DNA of 64,000 nucleotides from Bacteriovoracia bacterium (GTDB lineage Bacteria; Bdellovibrionota; UBA1018; CAIPTA01): NCBI GenBank assembly GCA_050246755.1, contig JBFWVL010000001.1, positions 960,001-1,024,000 on the forward strand, given 5' to 3'. The position numbers were made by a program, and so were the translations under genes. The notes under the pieces were generated by a model. The model did not search any database. It worked only from the letters and a program-made list of their open reading frames with translations, and had not been told where the DNA came from. Every line of letters begins with the position of its first letter. The first letter of the stretch is position 1. Positions 18,032 to 26,365 of the stretch are shown here, piece by piece.

Positions 18032-18658
18032 CTAGTCTACCACCTTGAAAACATCGACGGCCTTCATGTTCACCAGTCCGCCGTCTTCAAACACTTTGCT
18101 CTGATCGCCATACGCCGTGAACATGTCGATGCGCTTGTTTTTAATGGCCGAACCGATATCCACCGCCATGAAGTAACCATCATGACGGGTTCCATCTGGC
18201 AGGAGAATGCCTACCGCCTTAGGAATATAAATTTTTGAGCCAATCTTCACCACTTCCGGATCCACCGCCACGGAACGAAACGGCACAAGGGGGATAAAAT
18301 CCAACCCATAGCCATAGGGAGCCTCCGGAGGACAAACCAAAAATCTAACTTCCAGCCCCCCGCCCTCTTTCGGAGCGCGGCCCGCGAAATTTAGGATTCG
18401 GCCGTCGAGCATTTTGCCCGTGCCCTCCATACGTATGTCTTTATCGAACTGCTCCGTGACCCTTGCCATCACGTTGCCGTCCATATCTTTCAATTCTCTG
18501 TTTCTTTCCGCGGCTTCGGCGGTCTCCACCGCCACCCAGTAAAAAGTGGGCTTAAGGGAGCCGATCTTTACCAATTTTTCAGTGCCTGCGGCACTCGCAG
18601 AAGTGGCGAGAGAAATAAAAAATAAAGAAAGTAGTGCGAAATGAGTTCTAAAAACCAT
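18032..18658 (-). CDS. Secreted 3D (Asp-Asp-Asp) domain protein, MltA-like
   Basis: Signal peptide; PTFY, SVAVDP, AVDIGSAIKNKRIDMF. Confidence 0.85.
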   Translation of the reverse strand: MVFRTHFALLSLFFISLATSASAAGTEKLVKIGSLKPTFYWVAVETAEAAERNRELKDMDGNVMARVTEQFDKDIRMEGTGKMLDGRILNFAGRAPKEGGGLEVRFLVCPPEAPYGYGLDFIPLVPFRSVAVDPEVVKIGSKIYIPKAVGILLPDGTRHDGYFMAVDIGSAIKNKRIDMFTAYGDQSKVFEDGGLVNMKAVDVFKVVD

Positions 18659-18702
18659 CTGCCATCCTCCATGATGCAGCCGGCTCCTTTTTTAAAGGGG
18701 GC

Positions 18703-19686
18703 CTACACGTCTTTCCACGTACTGTGGAACTTTCTGAGAAACCTTACCCCGAGAGGGATGTAATAATTATAAGCGTTGGTCCAATCGATACAAACTCTAT
18801 CTGCTTTATTTAGTAATAAAAGTTGTAGCGAAAGACCGAGTAAAATTTTTCCGGCGCCGCGCCCTCTCTCGGTAGCGGATATTCCGATCGGCCCCAGACA
18901 AGAATCCGCGTAATGCCTGCCGGGAGAAACATCGTCTAGCGGCAACCGCATCGCCCCCGGCGTCCACCCCGCCTCAAGCACGGGGATATTCCCCCTCAAT
19001 GCGAGCCGGGAAAATCCGAGCAATCGACCATTATCGTCACGCAATAGATTCCAGAATGCCCGTCGCGTGTCGGCGCGGCTCTTCCAACAACGAAACTCTC
19101 TTTCCCAGCGGCCCGGAAATTCTTTTAAAAGAAATTCTGCCAGTAAACGAAAGTCCTCTTCGGTATGAGCCGTAACTAACTTGCAACCAACTTTTTCAGC
19201 CGCTTCTCGAGCCTGCGTAATGTAAGAAGATATTTTATAACTGCTCAAAGAGCCGCCGAAGTCTGCCGCCTCGGCGAAGCCGAACCCTTGTGCCGCAAAT
19301 GCTGCGGCAAGACGAGCTCCATTCGGTTCGTCGATGGGCACCCCCGCGACAAAATGAAACTCCTCTCCCCCCACCTGCACCCGCGTTTTCCCGGCGTACT
19401 TAGCGGATCGTAAAAAAGCATCGATGAACTGCGACTCTTTACCTGCTGGCACTTCCCCGTGAAGGCTAAGCCACAGCGTCTTACCTGAAATTCCCGCCGC
19501 CATTCCCGCTCTAGTCGGTAGCGCCAGCAAAACCGGCACCCCGCCAAAATCCTCAACGCGATATTCCAGCCAATCCTGCTCCAGAAGGTTCCAACGCAAA
19601 TCCGCTTCGTGTACCGCGTAGAATGCACCGTGACACTGGTTCCACTCTGTGACTACTCGTAGTGCTGCTTCAAGGCTGTTTGGCAT
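18703..19686 (-). CDS. GNAT-family acetyltransferase
   Basis: LGPIGISATERGRGAG acetyl-CoA motif, IDWT, YIPLG. Confidence 0.75.
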   Translation of the reverse strand: MPNSLEAALRVVTEWNQCHGAFYAVHEADLRWNLLEQDWLEYRVEDFGGVPVLLALPTRAGMAAGISGKTLWLSLHGEVPAGKESQFIDAFLRSAKYAGKTRVQVGGEEFHFVAGVPIDEPNGARLAAAFAAQGFGFAEAADFGGSLSSYKISSYITQAREAAEKVGCKLVTAHTEEDFRLLAEFLLKEFPGRWEREFRCWKSRADTRRAFWNLLRDDNGRLLGFSRLALRGNIPVLEAGWTPGAMRLPLDDVSPGRHYADSCLGPIGISATERGRGAGKILLGLSLQLLLLNKADRVCIDWTNAYNYYIPLGVRFLRKFHSTWKDV

Positions 19687-19797
19687 GTAGAAAGTCTACC
19701 TTTTCCCGCGCGCCTCCCAAGCAAATTTTCTCCACAAGAACGAAATTCACGTCTATGATTATCGGTACTGAGAATTCGACACAAATTTGGAGGCACT

Positions 19798-20841
19798 GTG
19801 ACCCTGAAACAAAAAATCCTTGCGCTTGGTTCGATAACGGCTCTTGCAGTCGTAATCGCGGCCTGCACGCAAAATGAAAGCGTGGCCAACGAGTCAGGCA
19901 TTCACTTCGTAAACAAAGAAGGCACTAACCCGAACGTAGTTGCCAAATACCAAGGCAAAGAAATTTCCGTCGATGAGCTAGAAAAGGCCAGCCCTGATAT
20001 TTATTCGGCCCGCCTTGAAGTTTATAAAGCGCAAAAAACCGCGCTCGAAGATTTCATCCGTAACTCCGTGCTCGAAGGCCTCGCCAAGAAAGCAAATCTT
20101 CCCATGGAAGATTTTATGAAGAAGGAAATGGATGCTTCCAAGAAAAAAGTTTCCGACAAAGACGTGGAAGCCTTCTTGAAAGAGCGCAAAGTTCCCGACA
20201 CCAGCAAGGTTCCTCCGGAAGTGAAAGATCAAGTACGTGGCCTCCTTCATATCCAGAAGCTAGTTGCTAATGAAACGAAGGGGAATCAAGTTGAGTTTTT
20301 CCTGAAGCGCCCAAGAGCGGTTCAGCTTGATTTCAAAACCGAAGGCGAAGCTACCTGGGGCAGTGCCGACGCTCCGATCAAGGTTGTAGAATTCTCCGAT
20401 TTCCAATGCTACTACTGCGGCCAGGCCCGCGAGCGCCTGACGGAACTCAAGAAAATCTACGGCAAAAAGCTGCAGATCGTATTCAAGCACTACCCTCTGC
20501 CATCCCACACCGAAGCCCGCCCCGCGGCGGAAGCCTCGATGTGCGTGAACGAACAGAGCTCAGAAAAGTTCTGGAAGTACCACGACATTCTTTTCGACAA
20601 CCAAAAAGCCTGGACGGATGAAGATCTCAAGGAATACGCTAAAAAAGCCGGCGCCGACGAGAAGAAGTTCGAAGAGTGCTTTAAGTCGAAAAAATACGCC
20701 GCCCAAATCGAAAAATCGATTGCCGAGGGCCAAAAGCTTGGCGTGAACTCCACTCCGTCGTTCTTCGTGAACAGCCAGTTGATCAAAGGCGCACAGCCGA
20801 TCGCTGAGTTCCGCGAAGTAATCGACCAAACCGCGAACTAA
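19798..20841 (+). CDS. DsbA/thioredoxin-fold lipoprotein with SurA-like N-terminal domain
   Basis: Lipobox IAAC; EFSDFQCYYC; GVNSTPSFFVN. Confidence 0.88.
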   Translation: MTLKQKILALGSITALAVVIAACTQNESVANESGIHFVNKEGTNPNVVAKYQGKEISVDELEKASPDIYSARLEVYKAQKTALEDFIRNSVLEGLAKKANLPMEDFMKKEMDASKKKVSDKDVEAFLKERKVPDTSKVPPEVKDQVRGLLHIQKLVANETKGNQVEFFLKRPRAVQLDFKTEGEATWGSADAPIKVVEFSDFQCYYCGQARERLTELKKIYGKKLQIVFKHYPLPSHTEARPAAEASMCVNEQSSEKFWKYHDILFDNQKAWTDEDLKEYAKKAGADEKKFEECFKSKKYAAQIEKSIAEGQKLGVNSTPSFFVNSQLIKGAQPIAEFREVIDQTAN

Positions 20842-20842
20842 G

Positions 20843-22291
20843 ATGAGACGGGCTAAGATCGTCTGTACTCTTGGCCCGGCTTCGTCCTCCCCCGAAATGA
20901 TCAGGGAACTGATGCGTCGGGGGATGGACGTGGCTCGCTTGAATTGCAGCCATGGCTCCCACGAGGATCTCACCCGACTGGTGAAACTCGTACGTGAAGC
21001 GAGCGAAGAACTGGCCCGGCCAGTAGCCATCCTTCTAGACTTACAGGGTCCGAAAATCCGCATTGGTAAATTTCCCGGCGGCCCGGTAGACGTAAAAAAA
21101 GGCGATAAGATCTCCATCACCACGGACGAGAACGCGCCTTGCACCGCCACCCAGCTTTCCACTACCTACCAACAGCTCGCCAACGACATTAAAGTGGGCG
21201 ACCGAATCCTACTCGACGATGGCAACGTAGAGTTACGCGCCCTCGCAAATGACGGAAAAATTGTAGAAACCGAAGTCGTATTTGGCGGCCGTCTTTCCAA
21301 CAATAAGGGAATGAATCTTCCCGGCGTAAAAACTTCCATCCCCAGCCTCACGGAGAAAGACCGCGAAGATCTCATTCACGGACTCTCCCTCGATGTCGAC
21401 TATATCGCGCTCTCCTTCGTGCGCTATCCTTCCGACGTGCGCGAGGTGCAGCAGCTAATTCATTCACAGCTGAAAAACGTGCCCGTAATTGCCAAGATCG
21501 AAAAGCCAGAGGCCATCAAAAATATCGATGATATCATTGCCGTGGCCGACGGCGTAATGGTGGCTCGCGGCGACATGGCGGTAGAAATTTCTCCGCAAAT
21601 GGTTCCCAGTGCGCAGAAAATGATCATTCATAAATGTAACGTGGCCGGCCTGCCGGTAATCATTGCCACGCAAATGCTCGAAAGCATGATCGACCATGCC
21701 CGCCCCACCCGCGCCGAAGCCTCCGATGTGGCCAACGCCATTTTCGACGGCGCCGACGCCCTTATGCTCTCCGCTGAAACGGCCTCGGGAAAATATCCCT
21801 CCCAGACCGTTCAGATCATGACGGATATCATTAAACAGGCTGAGAAAGACCGGGAATCCCTTAAAGTACGTAAGCCCGAATCCCCCCCCATCATTTCCAT
21901 CCCGGACGCGATTGAAAACGCCGCGTCACATATCGCCGTAGAGACCGGGGCAAAAGCCATCGTCTGCGTAACTAATTCCGGAAAAGCAGCCCAGGCTATT
22001 TCAAAGTTCAGGCCTCGCGTACCCGTGTTTGCAATTACCGATCGGCGCGATGTTCTCCAGCGCCTTGCTCTCATCTGGGGAGTAAAGGGTGTATTGATTT
22101 CGCAGGTAGTACCCGAGGTAGACGCCCTTTCGATGGCCGAAAAGGCCGTGGTGAACTGGTGGAATACCTACTTGGTGCCGGCGTTGCGCCCCCTACAGAA
22201 GGGCGACCTACTCATCATGACGATCGGGATCCCCACCATGGTAAGGGCCAAAACCAATACCGTAATCGCGCACTTCATTAAGGGTGTTTAG
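20843..22291 (+). CDS. pyk: Pyruvate kinase
   Basis: KIVCTLGPAS, DLQGPKIR, AKIEK, MVARGD, TRAEASDV. Confidence 0.97.
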   Translation: MRRAKIVCTLGPASSSPEMIRELMRRGMDVARLNCSHGSHEDLTRLVKLVREASEELARPVAILLDLQGPKIRIGKFPGGPVDVKKGDKISITTDENAPCTATQLSTTYQQLANDIKVGDRILLDDGNVELRALANDGKIVETEVVFGGRLSNNKGMNLPGVKTSIPSLTEKDREDLIHGLSLDVDYIALSFVRYPSDVREVQQLIHSQLKNVPVIAKIEKPEAIKNIDDIIAVADGVMVARGDMAVEISPQMVPSAQKMIIHKCNVAGLPVIIATQMLESMIDHARPTRAEASDVANAIFDGADALMLSAETASGKYPSQTVQIMTDIIKQAEKDRESLKVRKPESPPIISIPDAIENAASHIAVETGAKAIVCVTNSGKAAQAISKFRPRVPVFAITDRRDVLQRLALIWGVKGVLISQVVPEVDALSMAEKAVVNWWNTYLVPALRPLQKGDLLIMTIGIPTMVRAKTNTVIAHFIKGV

Positions 22292-24891
22292 AAATCTTCT
22301 AGCGCGCGTATCCATTTTTTGGATATTTGATCCCACTGACCGCGTGATTCCGCATTCATATGGGGCACAAGCTCACCAATACTCAGCAGGGCGAGCGTAA
22401 GTTCACGCAGGTTCACCATGCGCCCGTTAGCCCCATTAACGCCCAAGGCAGCCGAGTAAAATTGGCAACGGCGATCCCAAAACTTCCTATTCATGTAGTA
22501 GTAAGCATCCAGAGCCGCCCAGCGGAAAATCGGAAGATCCAGGCTCTTTGCGCTGGCATTGAGCGCACGGATGGTCAGTAGGTGATCCTCGAGCGAAAGC
22601 GGAGAATCTACGCGCTGTAGCTTACCGCCCTCCAAGGAAAACTGGCCGTTAACGGCCCCGTCTTTTTGCTGGGCCACGCTCACCAAAAAGTTCGTTAGGC
22701 CCATTTGCAGAAGGCGCAAGTAAGTACGCGCCTTTGCCAGCTGATCCACGATGCGGGTGGTTCTATTTTCATCGTCGGGATCTGGAATCACCTTCAAGAG
22801 CGGCGCGGCCTTGGTTTGTTCCACGCCCTCGGTCGCATCCAAAAATTCCGAGAGTGCCAAAATATAACGGGCCACTTCGGCGGTACGCACGGTTTTACCC
22901 CGCGCTCCATTTTCCATCGAAACCAGGCCCGCGATGGTAGAAACCTTATCTAGGCCGATCTCTTTATATTTGTCTCCCCAAAGAAGCTCTCCGTCCGGAA
23001 GCAGCAGAAAAGCCGGCGAGGAAGGGCGCACGATATTCTGAAGAATCGAGGCGGCGTCGGCTATGGCGAGAGAGAAGATCAGATCTTTAGGAAAGATGGA
23101 AAGATCCACGGCACCATCCGGAATTTCAGGAGCCAGCTCTTCGGCTTTGACAACACTGAGCTTTTCGTCGAATACGTTCTGCTCCCAGTCGCGATGGAAC
23201 TTCACTTGGCGGGCAATTCCTCGTAGCAACTCGGCCTGTGCGCCCACGCTGGAATTGCGTTTCGCATTCGCCCGGTCCATAAAAAAATCAGTACTGGCCA
23301 CAAAGGAGTCCGGAACCAAAAACGACGTATCCCCCTTAAGCAGCTCATCCACTTTGAATAATTCGGTGGGCTTTCCATCCATCGCCAGAAGAAGAGAGGG
23401 AAAGGCTTTCCCATTCAACTGGGGAAAACCGCCAATGGCGAGGAGCTTCAGGAGAGGCTCCACCAGCGCGGGGCGGATTCGGCTGGTATTGGATTCCGGC
23501 AAAAACTCATGGGAAAGGGCCAAGCTCAAGCCCATCGTTTCGGCGCCAGAATTAACTTTTTCGTTGGCGGCCACTAACGGCTTTACGGAAAATTTTCCTC
23601 GTCCGCCAAGCTTCACGGAAATCTTATCCACCTCGAGGCCGCGAAGCTCATCACTGAAATTTTGGGCACCCCATTTTGCGGCTCGAGGACGGGCAAAACC
23701 GGGAAAATCAGATTGAATTCCCGCAATGAGCGCCTGGTATTTTTCGGCTTCCACCACGATATTTTTTCGTGCCTCTACTGGGATCTGCGAAATGAGCTTC
23801 GCCGCCTGCAACCGAACCTCTTTGATGAGGAAATCTTTGGCGGCAGCCTCGATTTGATCGTGAATTTTGCGCACGCCGAAATCGGTGAGCTTGGGCAAAA
23901 TTCCCACTCGCTTGGCTACTTCTAAAACGGGATTCAAACAAAACGAAGCCGACAGGCAATCCAGACTCGTTTCCGATTTATCGCTTAAGTAATCGTAAAG
24001 CTCGGGAACCACCGGCTTAAATACTTGTTCGCGATTCGCCACGGGCACTAACCGCCAAACTTCAATGAGCAACGCGAGCGCATCTTGGCTAGTTTCCATC
24101 GTGGCCAGGCTCTTCACCATATTATCGGCCTTACCAATCAAGCTGGCCTGCTGCTCGGGTAACTTTACTTTGAGCGTGGCCAACGCCGTTTTCACGGCTT
24201 TCACGGCTTGCGCGAAATTCTGGGCGTTTTCTAAGCTATCCGCCATTTTAGCGAAACCGGGGCGGTATTTACCGTACTCTTTACGGATCGCCGCGGTCAC
24301 CGGCTTCTGCAGTTCGGGAGTGAGATTGAGGCGAGGAATGGCCTTCATCAGCCAAGTCACGTAGTTATCGGCCGATTGTACGGCCTGATTCAAATGGGTG
24401 ATTTCTTTCGGCCAAGGATAAGTGGCCGCGCTATCGTCCAATAAAACGGTTAGTTTCTGCTTCGTCACGCTGAGATCGCGCGCGATGATCGTTAATTGCG
24501 TTTGGGCCTCCGGCTGCGCAGCCCCGAGGATCGACTCCATGTAAAAACGGCTGAAGCTATTCTTCGTGTAGGCGTTGCTGTCCTTGTAGAAGGCGCCGTA
24601 CATCTCTCTCGCGAGCTCACCCAGCTTCTCGTTATTATCGATGGCAGAGAGGGCTTTTAGATCATCTACCAGCCGGAAATATTCGGCCGTGTTCATTTCA
24701 CCCTGCTCGGTCAGCCCCGTCTCCATAATTTGGAGATTCTTGGGAAGCGTAAAGTCTACCTTAACGTCTTTATTGGAGGGGCCAACCTTAACCGGAAGCG
24801 CATCGGCGAGTGGTTTTTTATCCGCATAGCGGGAGCAAGAGGTTAGCGAGAGCGTGGTAAGTATCAGGAGTAGGAATTTCCGTTTCAACAT
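22288..24891 (-). CDS. Large helical lipoprotein of unknown function
   Basis: Lipobox LTSC; 867-aa open frame; C-terminal helices resemble (alpha/alpha)6 repeats. Confidence 0.75.
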   Translation of the reverse strand: MLKRKFLLLILTTLSLTSCSRYADKKPLADALPVKVGPSNKDVKVDFTLPKNLQIMETGLTEQGEMNTAEYFRLVDDLKALSAIDNNEKLGELAREMYGAFYKDSNAYTKNSFSRFYMESILGAAQPEAQTQLTIIARDLSVTKQKLTVLLDDSAATYPWPKEITHLNQAVQSADNYVTWLMKAIPRLNLTPELQKPVTAAIRKEYGKYRPGFAKMADSLENAQNFAQAVKAVKTALATLKVKLPEQQASLIGKADNMVKSLATMETSQDALALLIEVWRLVPVANREQVFKPVVPELYDYLSDKSETSLDCLSASFCLNPVLEVAKRVGILPKLTDFGVRKIHDQIEAAAKDFLIKEVRLQAAKLISQIPVEARKNIVVEAEKYQALIAGIQSDFPGFARPRAAKWGAQNFSDELRGLEVDKISVKLGGRGKFSVKPLVAANEKVNSGAETMGLSLALSHEFLPESNTSRIRPALVEPLLKLLAIGGFPQLNGKAFPSLLLAMDGKPTELFKVDELLKGDTSFLVPDSFVASTDFFMDRANAKRNSSVGAQAELLRGIARQVKFHRDWEQNVFDEKLSVVKAEELAPEIPDGAVDLSIFPKDLIFSLAIADAASILQNIVRPSSPAFLLLPDGELLWGDKYKEIGLDKVSTIAGLVSMENGARGKTVRTAEVARYILALSEFLDATEGVEQTKAAPLLKVIPDPDDENRTTRIVDQLAKARTYLRLLQMGLTNFLVSVAQQKDGAVNGQFSLEGGKLQRVDSPLSLEDHLLTIRALNASAKSLDLPIFRWAALDAYYYMNRKFWDRRCQFYSAALGVNGANGRMVNLRELTLALLSIGELVPHMNAESRGQWDQISKKWIRALEDF

Positions 24892-24900
24892 TCTTTGCTC

Positions 24901-26136
24901 CTAAAAGAACATCGTTAGCGTCAGCTCGTTCACGAGCTGACGGTCGTTATTTACGCCGGCAAAGGTATTGGTTACTTCGAAGTCGAGCTTGAGGGGGGGA
25001 AACGTTTTCGTGCGCTTGTAGAGGGCGATCGTGTCGTAGGAAATGCCCGCTCTCAGGCGCTGGGCGATACTATTTGTTTCTACGGAAAGGAGGTCGTAGC
25101 GTTTCCCGCGCGCACCGGCATAGCGATCCGCACTTTTGCGGGAATATTCATATCCGCCCGCGATGGAGAATGAGTCGTAAATATTGAAAGTAACCGCCGT
25201 ACCCACCGTGATCGTATCGCCAATATTGCGGCTAAGCTTTTCCTTAGTTTCTGGACCGGGGAGTACATCATCCCCGCTGGTAGGAACACGCACATCCAGG
25301 CTATCCGCGAACACCATCTTATAGGCCGCCTTGGCGGCCAAACGAAGCGAGCGAATCGGGACCCAATTCATTACCAGCTGTGGCTCAAATGAAGTAAGGC
25401 CAAAGGCTCCGATGTCGGCCAAATCGTCTGGATCATTCTTTTTACCCGTGGGTAAGCTTAAGGACCCTTTGAAAAGGGCAGAAGTGCTATCTCGCTCGTA
25501 GAATTTATAGAGCCCTACGATCTGGGCATCGCCAATCATGGTCTCACTACGGTCTTCGAGAGCACGATATCCATTTGCGGCGAGCTTCTCTCTCACCGCA
25601 TCGGTGACCGCGAAATCGAGCTTCTCACACGCGCTTTTCACGTCGCCCACTTTACTGCTGAGTTGCCCGCAAATGCCCTTCACGTTGGAAGCCGATTGAA
25701 CCAGGCGTAATTTATTTTGGTAAAAAACCACCGGAAGAGCTCCGGCGAGAGTGAAATTACTCGTGATTCCCTGGGCGTAGACCGGCACTAAGTACTTAAC
25801 CGTCGGCTCAGTTTCGATACGAAGAGTGCCTAGGTCCACTTGTTGCCCGATATCTTGCTTGCTGAAGGCGTTCAGCGCGCTAACTAGCTTAGAAACGTTG
25901 GAATCCAATTTTTCAAGTTGGGCAGAGTTGAAGTGAATGGTGTTTATGTCGGAGAGCGAAAGGATGCTGCCATCGGAGGCATATTTAGAATCTACTCCCG
26001 TGATCATTCCGTACTTAAAAGCCGGAGAGTGGATCGTAGCCGGCAGGATTTCCGTGGAGTCCATAGCCCGAGCCGCGGGCGCAAGGAGGAGCAGTAATAA
26101 GCTAGTGAGCTGGCCGAGCATCTTCATAGGGTTCAA
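24901..26136 (-). CDS. Putative outer-membrane beta-barrel protein
   Basis: Signal peptide ending ARA, beta-rich C-terminal half, terminal Phe; start 26136 or 26127. Confidence 0.65.
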   Translation of the reverse strand: MNPMKMLGQLTSLLLLLLAPAARAMDSTEILPATIHSPAFKYGMITGVDSKYASDGSILSLSDINTIHFNSAQLEKLDSNVSKLVSALNAFSKQDIGQQVDLGTLRIETEPTVKYLVPVYAQGITSNFTLAGALPVVFYQNKLRLVQSASNVKGICGQLSSKVGDVKSACEKLDFAVTDAVREKLAANGYRALEDRSETMIGDAQIVGLYKFYERDSTSALFKGSLSLPTGKKNDPDDLADIGAFGLTSFEPQLVMNWVPIRSLRLAAKAAYKMVFADSLDVRVPTSGDDVLPGPETKEKLSRNIGDTITVGTAVTFNIYDSFSIAGGYEYSRKSADRYAGARGKRYDLLSVETNSIAQRLRAGISYDTIALYKRTKTFPPLKLDFEVTNTFAGVNNDRQLVNELTLTMFF

Positions 26137-26204
26137 TAGAGTAACGTGAGATCGAGCAATTGTCGATCATTTTGGTCTGATTTTACCGACCGGCATATTT
26201 TAGC

Positions 26205-26217
26205 TAACTTATTGATA
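26205..26217. promoter_or_regulatory. IHF-like site in the divergent promoter region before mutS
   Basis: TATCAATAAGTTA on the minus strand matches WATCAA-N4-TTR. Confidence 0.4.
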
Positions 26218-26365
26218 TTAATTAGGAATTTTGAGCGAATAAGGCTGGAACAGATGTCCTAAAAGTGATCAATTTTGGTAGTTTCTCCTGGCGATTTTTT
26301 CGTCACCAAGAGAATTTGACCACCCCCTCCCCAAAGGTTAGAAGTTTCCCGGGGAATTCAAAATC

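Noticed and set aside
26244-26260. TGGAACAGATGTCCT as a sigma54 promoter for mutS
   Set aside because: The -12 element lacks TTGC
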